Shown piece after piece: positions 37,311 through 45,789 of a stretch of DNA of 64,000 nucleotides (positions within the stretch are counted from its first letter, which is position 1; every line of letters begins with the position of its first letter). This DNA comes from Clostridiales bacterium (GTDB lineage: Bacteria; Bacillota; Dehalobacteriia; UBA7702). A program made the translations under genes and the position numbers. Location of the stretch: assembly GCA_040776805.1 (NCBI GenBank), contig JAXGZS010000001.1, positions 621,206 through 685,205 on the forward strand. Reading direction: 5' to 3'. The notes below the pieces were generated by a model. That model saw nothing but the letters and a program-made list of their open reading frames with translations, was not told the origin of the DNA and did no database searches.

Positions 37311-37455
37311 TATGGGAGTTTTGGGACGAGATTCACAAAACGGGACAAAGCCGCATATCTTTTAAATTAAAGAAGATTCACCCTTTATGGTAACGGTGCC
37401 CCCCGGTTTGACCACCATTACGGTGGCCGGCACCATCTAATCGATATGACGGAAT

Positions 37456-37486
37456 GAAAAAAGCACTTGCCGCACAAGTGCTTTTT
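37456..37486. terminator. Bidirectional rho-independent terminator (serves minus-strand mttB-like gene)
   Basis: aaaaa-agcacttgccgcacaagtgct-tttttt. Confidence 0.8.
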
Positions 37487-37494
37487 TGTTGGTT

Positions 37495-38904
37495 TTAAAA
37501 TTTACACATCGAAGGTAAATGAGGTTGCAGTAATTTGATTTGTCTTTCGTCGCGTTTGGGCTGTTCGTAAGCGGCGATCCTTGCTTTTATGTCTCTATCC
37601 ACGGTATCGAGGAGTTCCGTTTTGTTTTCCGTGTTGGCCATGGCGATGCCCTGTTTGTTGAAAACATTGGTTAAATAATAATCCCGTCGGTACGTTTCCA
37701 TAAAACCCACGCCTAAAAAACTGCCGGCGGTCAAGCCTGCGGCAAGATGTTCGGGTAAGTAGGGGTCGATCGTCATATCCAAAGCCCGGAGCGCGCGATT
37801 GGTGTAACGCATGGTTTCTTCATCAAGAAGCGCTTTGCGAAAGCTGCCGCAGGCAAAGCCGGAGAGAATGCCGGGGTAGCACCATACTTCGCTAACTTCT
37901 GTCAATTGGAAGGGGAGCATCATGGTGAGCAGGGCCTCGACACCGGCCTGATAATCAACGGAGGTGCCGTCGCCGTAGCTGCCGCAAATCACGCAGGGGA
38001 TTTCCAGATACTTGGCAAGTTCGTAAAAAAGTACCTGTGTGATCATACATTCCGGTGTTCCGTATGTCGGTTGTAATGTTTTGATATCGCTCATGGAAGA
38101 AAATTCACATATGGAGACGCTGTGTCCCGGTGATTTTAATTGAACATAGGCCAATCCCGCCAAAGAAAGGGCGAAATCATGGATGACGAGTCCCATGATG
38201 CTTTCCGGGCCCGTCATAAAGGATAAGCTGCAAGGGAAAATGGAGATGGCCTGTCCTTCATCGATGGCGGCGTCGAGGTTGGCGAGGCCTTCCTGGTCGT
38301 ATGCCATTGGCGGGTTGGGACAGATTCCCTGGGTCATTACGGGTTCATCCCAGATGTCATGAAATTCACGTACCAGGCGAAACGCTTTTCGCGCGCTTTG
38401 ATAGACATTGCCGTCTTTTGCGTTGCTGCCGGTGGCGCGCAACCCGATACTGAGGTACTTTTCGGAGTATTTTAACGCCATTGCCATTTGGGCGACGAAT
38501 TGATCCGGCGCGTCGTTGCCCACAGGGTCGGCGCAGCCGGGGTTCGCGCATTCATAGAGCTCGGAGGTTTCGTTGATTTGATAGAGTTTTATGGCGTCTT
38601 CCAGATTGCAGCGGCGAATTTTTCCCGTTTCATCATCGAGCAAAAAGGGAGCGTTGCTAAAAGGCGTCGCGGCAACCACCCGTTTTTTGGAGGATGGGGT
38701 GTAATCTTGTTTCGGCGTGGACGCAAGGATTCGCTCTATGAGCGGACGGGGAAAAAGAACCAGGTCTTCCTTGATCACAGCACCCTGTTGTTGGCATAAT
38801 TCTCGGGCTTCCCGGCTTTCAAAACGGATACCGACCTTCTCCAAAACAGTCAGAACCTGCTCATAGATATTCTCGATTTTTGTTTTATCTGCGAATTTGT
38901 TCAT
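37495..38904 (-). CDS. Trimethylamine methyltransferase (MttB) superfamily protein, non-pyrrolysine type (e.g. glycine-betaine/quaternary-amine:corrinoid methyltransferase-like)
   Basis: 469 aa, the full-length MttB-family size with a TIM-barrel-type sequence throughout. There is no in-frame amber codon. Confidence 0.7.
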   Translation of the reverse strand: MNKFADKTKIENIYEQVLTVLEKVGIRFESREARELCQQQGAVIKEDLVLFPRPLIERILASTPKQDYTPSSKKRVVAATPFSNAPFLLDDETGKIRRCNLEDAIKLYQINETSELYECANPGCADPVGNDAPDQFVAQMAMALKYSEKYLSIGLRATGSNAKDGNVYQSARKAFRLVREFHDIWDEPVMTQGICPNPPMAYDQEGLANLDAAIDEGQAISIFPCSLSFMTGPESIMGLVIHDFALSLAGLAYVQLKSPGHSVSICEFSSMSDIKTLQPTYGTPECMITQVLFYELAKYLEIPCVICGSYGDGTSVDYQAGVEALLTMMLPFQLTEVSEVWCYPGILSGFACGSFRKALLDEETMRYTNRALRALDMTIDPYLPEHLAAGLTAGSFLGVGFMETYRRDYYLTNVFNKQGIAMANTENKTELLDTVDRDIKARIAAYEQPKRDERQIKLLQPHLPSMCKF

Positions 38905-38961
38905 CGTTTTAACCTCTCTGGTTTTTATTTCATTTGTGATACGAAAGAAGCGTGATGTTTT

Positions 38962-39555
38962 TCAGCTTGGCTGATTTTTTAGCGCGTCCCAGTAAAAGGC
39001 CCAAAGCAGCTTGACTTTTTCTTGGTATCTGGCTTCTTGAGAATAGTATATCTCATTGAATAAGGCGTCGATGATACCAAAAAAGGCCACCACTCCGATT
39101 TCGGGATCTTGGGATTTCAATTCACCCGTTCGGATGCCCCCTTCGATCACCGGCCGCAGTGTTTCATCCACGAATTTATGTTGGTAGCCGACGAGATCCT
39201 CGTGAATCTTTTCACGGAGAAAGGCGGGAGGAAACAGGGTGCATCTTTTCCAAAAGAGCTCTTCCGCATTGTTTTTATAATTACGTGCGGAAAAAAAATG
39301 ATAAAGCTCGTAAAGCTGCCTTTTTGCGGAATCGACAGAGTTCACTTTTTTGTGGAGGAGATTGAGCTTCGTGAATCTCCGCTCTTTCACATCATCAAAC
39401 AATTCAACGAACAGCTGTTCCTTGCTTTCGAAATGAAAATAGAGGGACGCTGCTTTCATGTTGACCGATTTCGCGATATCCGCCAACCGGGCGCCTTCGT
39501 AGCCGTTTTGGGCAAAAAGAGCCAAAGCGGCGTTTTTAATGTTTTCTTTTGCCAT
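38962..39555 (-). CDS. TetR/AcrR family transcriptional regulator
   Basis: The N-terminal HTH region is AALALFAQNGYEGARLADIAKSVNMKAASLYFHF. Confidence 0.9.
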   Translation of the reverse strand: MAKENIKNAALALFAQNGYEGARLADIAKSVNMKAASLYFHFESKEQLFVELFDDVKERRFTKLNLLHKKVNSVDSAKRQLYELYHFFSARNYKNNAEELFWKRCTLFPPAFLREKIHEDLVGYQHKFVDETLRPVIEGGIRTGELKSQDPEIGVVAFFGIIDALFNEIYYSQEARYQEKVKLLWAFYWDALKNQPS

Positions 39556-39575
39556 AAGCCACCTACCTAATATTA

Positions 39576-39585
39576 GTTAGGTTCA
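39576..39585. promoter_or_regulatory. Candidate TetR operator palindrome
   Basis: Perfect 10-bp palindrome CTAATATTAG (within ACCTAATATTAGTTAGGT), 20 nt upstream of the tetR start codon. Confidence 0.4.
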
Positions 39586-39640
39586 TTATAGCAAAAAAAT
39601 ATTTTTTGTCAAGAGGGATGAGGGAAATAGGGGTAAGTCA

Positions 39641-40475
39641 ATGAGCGCATACCAAACCATAGACGATAAAAAGGCTTTCATCGATGAAAAACGCCCGGAG
39701 CTGTTGAAGCAATTAAAGCAATACTATAAAATCGGTCTGACCTACTCCAGCAACGCCTTGGAAGGGAACTCTTTGACCATAAGTGAAACCAAAGTGATTC
39801 TGGAGGATGGTTTTACCGTCGGAGGCAAGCCGTTGAGGGATACATCGGAAACTGTGGGGCCTGGAGAAAAGCCTATGATTACATGTTTTCTCTTATCCAC
39901 AGTGGGGGTATTGATTTAGAAGCCATTAAAAAGATGCGTCGCCTTTTTTACCAAAATATCGACTCAGATCATACTGGAACATGGCGTAATGAAAGTGTGA
40001 TTGTTTCGGGCAGCGATGATGAGTTTCCCGAACCCCAAGAGATTGATAAGAAGATGCAGGAGCTTGAAAAGTGGATCACGGAAACCCGGAGCGGATTTCA
40101 TCCCGTGGAATTTGCCGCCCTTCTTCATCTTAAAATTGTTATGATCCACCCTTTATAGATGGGAACGGCAGAACGGTGCGGCTCCTCATGAATCTTGCCT
40201 TGATTCAAAACGGCTACCAATTAGCAGTAATCTCCCCAATATGCCGCGCGGAGTATAACGGTTTTATTAATATAAAAAGAAACACCAGTGTAACGGTTGA
40301 CCCTTCCAAATGGCAAAAAGCCATTTCAGGGATCGGAAACACTGGTGTCACTAAAGACATTATATGCGGAGATTCCAAAGGCGTCAAGGGAAAGGACCGG
40401 CAGCGGCTGAAATATTTCATTTCAGAAAAATACGACAAAAAGAAAGCTCGCCGGTCTCTTCCATTCTTTTTACCG
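39641..40475 (+). pseudogene. Fic/Doc family (Fido domain) gene disrupted by two frameshifts
   Basis: Three consecutive ORFs at 39641, 39883 and 40176 lie in three different frames. The Fic core motif HPFxDGNGR is split: ...MIHPL-stop, then DGNGRTVRLLMNLALIQNGY in the next frame. Local GC is ~43%. Confidence 0.75.
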
Positions 40476-40512
40476 CTGAACGGATTCGAACCGTTAATCG
40501 GCGCATTACGAG
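40476..40512 (-). other. Fragment of a tRNA-Thr gene (T-arm to anticodon arm), possibly the distal attachment-site repeat of a decayed islet
   Basis: 21/21 and 12/12 nt identity to the T-arm/variable region and anticodon arm of the intact tRNA-Thr at 42024-42099. The two matches are separated by a 5-nt divergent patch. Confidence 0.6.
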
Positions 40513-40664
40513 CCTTCGTTGGTTTTGAATCAGCTGTTTTCGGCTGAATCATCCCCGGATATGGATGTAAAAAAACCGGAGCAATCCGACATTTCTCTTT
40601 ACCAAGGGTTATTTATGTGTTATTATGATGTCAAATAAATGATAATAACCGAGAAAGAAGAGCA

Positions 40665-40799
40665 ATGGATTTTGTCAGTAATCGGACAAAAACCGGTTTG
40701 AATATCCGGGTATTGACCATCGTTGATGAAGTCACCGGAGAGTGTTTGGCGTTTGAGGCAGACATTTGCTTACGAGCAGAAGAGTCACCACTGTCCTAA
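40665..40799 (+). mobile_element. IS3-family transposase (OrfB integrase-core) remnant
   Basis: The 44-aa ORF MDFVSNRTKTGLNIRVLTIVDEVTGECLAFEAD... matches the IS3-family OrfB motif DFVxD...GR.FR.LtvvDdftREcLa.e. It is truncated on both sides. Confidence 0.55.
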
Positions 40800-40909
40800 A
40801 CAGGATTGCTCTTTTTGTGGTTTACCAAAAGTCAGCGCAAAAGGCCGGTTGTGGTACAACTTATGAGTTCGCTGAGTACCTTGATGTCTTGAAGAGGTGT
40901 TGGTCTCTG

Positions 40910-40933
40910 CCTTAGAATAGGATCGTTCTAAGG
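40910..40933. repeat. Perfect 8-bp inverted repeat CCTTAGAA-n8-TTCTAAGG just upstream of a TATAAT box
   Basis: ccttagaataggatcgttctaagg, then ggctgTATAAT at 40939-40944. Confidence 0.5.
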
Positions 40934-40969
40934 GGCTGTATAATTAAATGCATTAAGGAGGAAATAACA

Positions 40970-41338
40970 ATGAGCGAGGTTAGCAATGTTACAATGTGGA
41001 ATTTTATGAGTGAATGTCCTGTACCGCAAGACGCTACTGCTCTCTTGACTGAGGGGGAGTCCGCTGTTGCCGCGTATAAAACGATTCGCGATTCAGCGAT
41101 TTTTACAAACAAGCGCCTTATCGTCAGGGATGCACAGGGGCTGACGGGGAAAAAGGTAGAAATCTACTCATTGCCGTACTCTTCCATCAATATGTGGTCA
41201 ACAGAAAATGCAGGCACGCTTGATCTTAGCGCGGAGGTTGAACTGTGGACGAAAGCAGGGCATATTAAAATAAAACTTGGCAAAAAAGTTGATGTTCGTG
41301 TTTTTGACAAACTGATCGCGAATCTCATTTTGAAATAA
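40970..41338 (+). CDS. Hypothetical small protein (possible bacterial PH-like domain)
   Basis: 122 aa with a strong RBS AAGGAGGAA. Composition is beta-rich. This is a guess without homology evidence. Confidence 0.4.
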   Translation: MSEVSNVTMWNFMSECPVPQDATALLTEGESAVAAYKTIRDSAIFTNKRLIVRDAQGLTGKKVEIYSLPYSSINMWSTENAGTLDLSAEVELWTKAGHIKIKLGKKVDVRVFDKLIANLILK

Positions 41339-41374
41339 AATATTCCATCTATATGCATTAAGGAGGAATTAACG

Positions 41375-41815
41375 ATGAAAAAGTTACTCGGTATTATTTC
41401 TGTTTTGGTACTTATGTTCGCCCTCGCTGCCTGTGAAGGATCAAAGGATGACCAGGGATTAACAGAAACAACGGAAGACAATGCCACAACGGAAGCTAAC
41501 GCGACTTACGAAAGCATCTTGGAGGAATACTCTCAGAAAATTATAGATGCTACACCGGGTCTTGTAGAAGAGTATAACGCAGAAGCTGCAGAAAAAGCAG
41601 GTGATATTAACGCTCTTGCCGAGCTTTCCAGCGCAAAAATAGAGAAACTTGCACAAATCAGCGTTGAAGGTACAGAAAAAATGGCTGCATTGATGCTGGA
41701 AAACGGGGATTCCGAAGATGTATACATGGAGTGGGCAGGAAAACTAAATGATGTGTATATGGAACAAGCAGAACAGATCACAGACGCATATATGAACTCC
41801 GCAACAGGTCAGTAA
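41375..41815 (+). CDS. Putative secreted lipoprotein
   Basis: Signal peptide with lipobox LAAC (MKKLLGIISVLVLMFALAAC), followed by an acidic low-complexity mature region. Confidence 0.6.
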   Translation: MKKLLGIISVLVLMFALAACEGSKDDQGLTETTEDNATTEANATYESILEEYSQKIIDATPGLVEEYNAEAAEKAGDINALAELSSAKIEKLAQISVEGTEKMAALMLENGDSEDVYMEWAGKLNDVYMEQAEQITDAYMNSATGQ

Positions 41816-42023
41816 CAGATCGTGATGCCAACGCATCGACGACAGCGAAAATATATGCCCATGCAATCAGATCGGCTGACGCCGCGGCGGATGAGTTAAT
41901 CGGCGATATATTGACCCAAGTCCAATCTAAGTAAGCACCAAGTAAACACCAGAACCAAAAAAGCGCCTATTTCAAGGCAAAATAAAACCCCCTGGGATAC
42001 ATCAGTATACCAGGGGATTTTTA

Positions 42024-42099
42024 TGGAGCTGCTGAACGGATTCGAACCGTTGACCTGCGCATTACGAGTGCGCTGCTCTACCAGCTGAGCCACAGCAGC
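42024..42099 (-). tRNA. trnT: tRNA-Thr (anticodon CGU)
   Basis: Minus-strand sequence GCTGCTGTGGCTCAGCTGGTAGAGCAGCGCACTCGTAATGCGCAGGTCAACGGTTCGAATCCGTTCAGCAGCTCCA. The cloverleaf folds with a 7-bp acceptor stem, GTTCGAATC T-loop and encoded CCA. The anticodon loop is CT-CGT-AA. Confidence 0.9.
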
Positions 42100-42201
42100 A
42101 TCGCGTACTTAAATATTCTACCATATTATTTGATTTCGTCAAGAGGGGATTTCCTTGACAGCAGCGTTTTATCTTTTATAATGGGAGACAGAGGTAAAAC
42201 A

Positions 42202-43302
42202 ATGGTGATTAAGACAGTGATGCTTTGGCTTGTGGCGGCAGGGGTGGTCATCGGCGGCATTGATTATATTCTCGGCAACAAGCTCGGCGCCGGGGCAAAG
42301 TTTTACGAAGGCTTTACGCTGATGGGCAAAACCGCCTTAGGCATTGTGGGGATTATTTGTTTGGCGCCCGTTTTCGGCCAGGTTCTCGGCAATTTTCTGT
42401 CCCCGCTTTATGGGCTGATCGGCGCGGACCCCGCCATGTTTGGTTCCATCCTCGCCATCGATATGGGCGGCTATTCCTTGGCGGTTTCCATGGCCAAGGA
42501 CGCTACTTTGGGTCTTTACGGCGGTGTCGTTATGGCCTCTCTGTTGGGGCCGGTCCTTGTTTATTATTTGCCCATCGGTTTTCAGCTCACCGACGGAGAG
42601 GATCATCAACTTTTCGCCAGGGGCAATGTCATCGGTTTGAGCGTGATGCCTTTGGGCTGTATTGCCGGAGGTCTCACCATGGGACTGTCCTTCGGCGTGA
42701 TCATCATCAACAGCTTGCCGGTGATTTTCATGAGCGCCCTCCTCGTATGCGGTATGCTCTTTTTCAGAAAAGCGGTGATTACCGCCTGTCTTTGGTATGC
42801 CCGTCTGATCAGCGCCATCGGTGTGATCGGTATTATCCTCGCCTTTCTGCGTTTTCTGACCGGCGTGACCTTGTTAAAGGGTATGGACGAGGTTACCGTG
42901 GGCTTTCTGATCGTCGGTTATATCTCCATCTCCGTCATCGGCTTTTTATCCCTTGTAGGCTTGCTGCTCCACTTTGCTGGGAAAACCCTGGATCAAGTAG
43001 GCCGCGCCGTCGGCCTCGACGGCGTGGGTATTTCTGCTTTGGTGCTGACCACAGCCTCGGCGACGCCGGTCTTCGCCCTGATCAAGGATATGTCGCCCCG
43101 GAGCAAGGTGGTGGTGAGCGCCTTTCTCGTTTACGGTTCTTTTGCCGCCCACGTGGGCTTCACGGCGGGGGTCGCCCCGGATCTGATCCCGGCACTCATC
43201 GCCGGAAAATTCGTCTCTGCTGTGGCCTCCGTCGTTTTGGCGCTGTTATTAACAAGAAAAGATAAGATGAAACATAAGGAGGAAGTTTATGAAAACCAAT
43301 GA
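42202..43302 (+). CDS. eutH: EutH-family (ethanolamine-utilisation-type) membrane permease
   Basis: FYEGFTLMGKTALGIVGIICLAPVFGQVLG...GADPAMFGSILAIDMGGYSLA is colinear with E. coli EutH (FEEGFMAMGALGLAMVGMTALAPVLAHVLG...GANPSMFAGTLLACDMGGFFLA). There are ~10 TM helices. The promoter TTGACA-17-TATAAT lies at 42155-42185. Confidence 0.75.
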   Translation: MVIKTVMLWLVAAGVVIGGIDYILGNKLGAGAKFYEGFTLMGKTALGIVGIICLAPVFGQVLGNFLSPLYGLIGADPAMFGSILAIDMGGYSLAVSMAKDATLGLYGGVVMASLLGPVLVYYLPIGFQLTDGEDHQLFARGNVIGLSVMPLGCIAGGLTMGLSFGVIIINSLPVIFMSALLVCGMLFFRKAVITACLWYARLISAIGVIGIILAFLRFLTGVTLLKGMDEVTVGFLIVGYISISVIGFLSLVGLLLHFAGKTLDQVGRAVGLDGVGISALVLTTASATPVFALIKDMSPRSKVVVSAFLVYGSFAAHVGFTAGVAPDLIPALIAGKFVSAVASVVLALLLTRKDKMKHKEEVYENQ

Positions 43303-43807
43303 TGTTTTGGTCGTAGTCGATATGCAAAACGATTTTATTGACGGCGCACTCGGTACCGCGGAAGCGCGCAACATCCTGCAGGGCGTGATTGATAAAATCA
43401 CCCATTTCGGCGGGGAAGTCGTTTTTACCAGGGATACCCACGGGGAAAACTATCTTGAAACCCAAGAGGGGCAAAAACTTCCCGTCAGGCACTGCATCAA
43501 AGATACCGACGGCTGGCAGCTGCATCGCAATATCCGGGAGCTGGCGGAAGGGAAGACGGTCATCGAAAAGCCCGCCTTTGGTTCCCTGGCCCTGGCCCAC
43601 TACTTGAAGCAGAAGGGGGACCTTGATTCTATCGTGCTGGTGGGGCTTTGCACCGATATCTGCGTGATCAGCAACGCTCTGATCTTAAAAGCGGCTTTTC
43701 CGGAAACGGAAGTTATCGTGGACAGAGATTGCTGCGCCGGGGTGACGCCGGAAAGCCATGAGAACGCTTTAAAGGCAATGGAAAGGTGTCAGGTCAAGAT
43801 TATTTAG
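43289..43807 (+). CDS. Isochorismatase-family cysteine hydrolase (nicotinamidase/PncA-like)
   Basis: 172 aa with VVVDMQNDF at the N-terminus, a catalytic-Cys region LVGLCTDICV and Lys in a TRD-type context. It overlaps the eutH-like gene by 14 nt. Confidence 0.75.
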   Translation: MKTNDVLVVVDMQNDFIDGALGTAEARNILQGVIDKITHFGGEVVFTRDTHGENYLETQEGQKLPVRHCIKDTDGWQLHRNIRELAEGKTVIEKPAFGSLALAHYLKQKGDLDSIVLVGLCTDICVISNALILKAAFPETEVIVDRDCCAGVTPESHENALKAMERCQVKII

Positions 43808-43820
43808 CAGAGAATGCTAT

Positions 43821-43883
43821 AAAAAGGGGCTTACGCAAAATAGCTTTTAAGAAAGAAAGCCGTTTTACGTAAGCCCCTTTTTA
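43821..43883. terminator. Long-stem bidirectional rho-independent terminator between isochorismatase gene (+) and hlyIII (-)
   Basis: aaaaaggggcttacg....cgtaagccccttttt. Confidence 0.75.
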
Positions 43884-43891
43884 TGACGGTA

Positions 43892-44533
43892 TCAGACCAA
43901 AACCACGCCCCAGAGGATGGCGAAAAAGTGCAGGATGCTGCCGGCCAAAACAAAGAGGTGCCAAATGGCGTGCATGTATTTTTTTCGTAAGACGAAGAAA
44001 AGGACGCCGACGGTATAGGATACGCCGCCGGCGATGAGCAGGATCACGCTTTCCAGGCCCAGCGCTGTTTTCAGCGAGGAGAAGGTGAAAATGATCGCCC
44101 AGCCCATGAGTATATAGAGGAGCAGGGAACTTTTCGCGTAGCGCTGCAGATCCACGGCGTTCAGCACCATGCCAAAGGCCGCCACGGCCCAGATCAGGCC
44201 GAAAACCGTCCAGCCGTAAGCGCCGCCGATCCCGCTTAAAACGATGGGCGTGTAGGTGCCGGCGATCAGTAAAAAGATGTTGCAGTGATCGAAGACGCGA
44301 AAGATAAATTTTGCTTTTTCACCTTTGATGGCGTGATATAAGGTGGAGGAAAGATAAAGAACCAACAGTGTGGCGCCGTAGACGCTGACGGAAACAACCG
44401 TCAGCGCGCTGCCGTATAGGGTGGAAAAGATCGACAGTACGGCAATGGCGGCCAGGGCGCAAAGGGTTCCTATGCCATGGGTAACGGCATTGGCGACTTC
44501 CTCCCCCGGCGTATAAAATGCTTGTGACATCAT
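43892..44533 (-). CDS. Hemolysin-III / PAQR family channel protein
   Basis: Seven TM helices, with the N-terminal EEVANAVTHGIG motif typical of HlyIII/YqfA. Confidence 0.8.
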   Translation of the reverse strand: MMSQAFYTPGEEVANAVTHGIGTLCALAAIAVLSIFSTLYGSALTVVSVSVYGATLLVLYLSSTLYHAIKGEKAKFIFRVFDHCNIFLLIAGTYTPIVLSGIGGAYGWTVFGLIWAVAAFGMVLNAVDLQRYAKSSLLLYILMGWAIIFTFSSLKTALGLESVILLIAGGVSYTVGVLFFVLRKKYMHAIWHLFVLAGSILHFFAILWGVVLV

Positions 44534-44677
44534 ACGTCTCCTTTTGTAAAGTAGTAATCAATACTATATTATGCAAATTATGATACGACAATACATCCTT
44601 TTTGTCAAGAGGGTGTTATTTTCTGTTCTCTTGTAACTTTTTGAGAAATCATGTATAATACATTATTGGGTGATTTT

Positions 44678-45157
44678 ATGATTATTTTAGGCATCGATCC
44701 CGGTACGGCCATTTGTGGCTTCGGGATTGTGGAGAAAAACAATTATCAATTCAAACTCATTGATTACGGCGCCGTCAATACCCCCGCCACCATGTCGCTG
44801 GAAGAGCGTTTGGTGCGGATTTATGACGGCATTTGCCTTTTGATTGACCGCCATCCTCCCGATGAGATGGCCGTAGAAGAATTGTTTTTCAACAATAACG
44901 CCAAAACAGCCCTTTCCGTGGGACAGGCCCGAGGGGTCATCCTGCTGGCCGGTGCCCATAAGCAGGTTCCCCTTTATGAATATACGCCCCTCCAGGTGAA
45001 GCAGGGGATCGTCGGCTACGGCCGCGCCGATAAAAAGCAGATTCAATTCATGGTGAAAACCATGCTCAAGATGAAAGAAACCCCCAAGCCCGACGATGCC
45101 GCCGATGCTTTGGCCATCGCCATCTGCCACGGGCAATGGAACAAGAATATGAGTTAG
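44678..45157 (+). CDS. ruvC: Holliday junction resolvase RuvC
   Basis: MIILGIDPGTAICGFGIV is the canonical RuvC N-terminus. The promoter TATAAT at 44654-44659 overlaps the upstream in-frame ATG, so the 44651 start was rejected. Confidence 0.9.
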   Translation: MIILGIDPGTAICGFGIVEKNNYQFKLIDYGAVNTPATMSLEERLVRIYDGICLLIDRHPPDEMAVEELFFNNNAKTALSVGQARGVILLAGAHKQVPLYEYTPLQVKQGIVGYGRADKKQIQFMVKTMLKMKETPKPDDAADALAIAICHGQWNKNMS

Positions 45158-45165
45158 GAGGCGCT

Positions 45166-45774
45166 ATGATCGCATCAGTTCGCGGAGAAGTTATTTTGAT
45201 TGAAGAGGATTACCTGGTGGTGGACGTCAACGGCCTTGGTATGCAAATCTTCGCGCCCCTCAACCGCATGGAGGGACTTTACCGTCTGCATGAGGAAATC
45301 TTTTTGTATACCCAGCTCATCGTCAGGGAAGACCTCTGGACCCTCTTCGGCTTTGCCGATACCGAGGAATTGAGTTTATTCAAACAGATTTTGAATATCA
45401 GCGGCATTGGCGGCAAAAGCGCCTTGGGTATCGTCAACCGCCTTGCTCCCGCCGAAATTGCCGGCGCCGTGCTGAACGGCGATAGCAAGCCATTTCAAAG
45501 CGTGCCCGGTATCGGAAAAAAGACCGCCCAGCGCATTGTTTTGGAACTAAAAGACAAAGTGGAAAAAATGGGCATTGCCGGGATTGCCGAGGTGTCCCGT
45601 TCTGTCGCCGCTCAGTCCCAGGTCGGGGATAACGACGCCATCGCCGCCCTTTGCCAGCTGGGCTACAGCGCTGCCGAGGCAAAAAAGGCCGTCGTCGCGG
45701 TGCTTGCCGAAGACCCGCTTCTTGACAGTGACGCGCTGCTGCGCAAGGCGTTGCTGCGCTTGAGTAAATTTTAG
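45166..45774 (+). CDS. ruvA: Holliday junction DNA helicase RuvA
   Basis: MIASVRGEV, with the HhH motifs GIGKKTAQRIVLELK. The RBS AGGAGG is present. Confidence 0.9.
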   Translation: MIASVRGEVILIEEDYLVVDVNGLGMQIFAPLNRMEGLYRLHEEIFLYTQLIVREDLWTLFGFADTEELSLFKQILNISGIGGKSALGIVNRLAPAEIAGAVLNGDSKPFQSVPGIGKKTAQRIVLELKDKVEKMGIAGIAEVSRSVAAQSQVGDNDAIAALCQLGYSAAEAKKAVVAVLAEDPLLDSDALLRKALLRLSKF

Positions 45775-45789
45775 AATTGAGGTAATATT

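Noticed and set aside
37311-37455. Inverted repeats (ggtgcc...ggcacc, accattacggtgg) between two terminators, as a possible small RNA
   Set aside because: No promoter is evident and there is no recognisable family. The region is short and flanked by terminators from both directions, so it is probably spacer sequence.
40476-40512. Interpreting the tRNA fragment as an exact att-site direct repeat
   Set aside because: Identity with the intact tRNA-Thr is interrupted by a 5-nt patch in the variable-loop region. It may be a remnant of a second tRNA copy rather than a precise attL/attR repeat. It is kept only as a cautious finding.
44651-44677. Upstream ATG start for ruvC (ORF track 44651)
   Set aside because: The -10 hexamer TATAAT (44654-44659) of a TTGTAA-17-TATAAT promoter overlaps this ATG. 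The canonical RuvC N-terminus MIILGIDPG begins at 44678.
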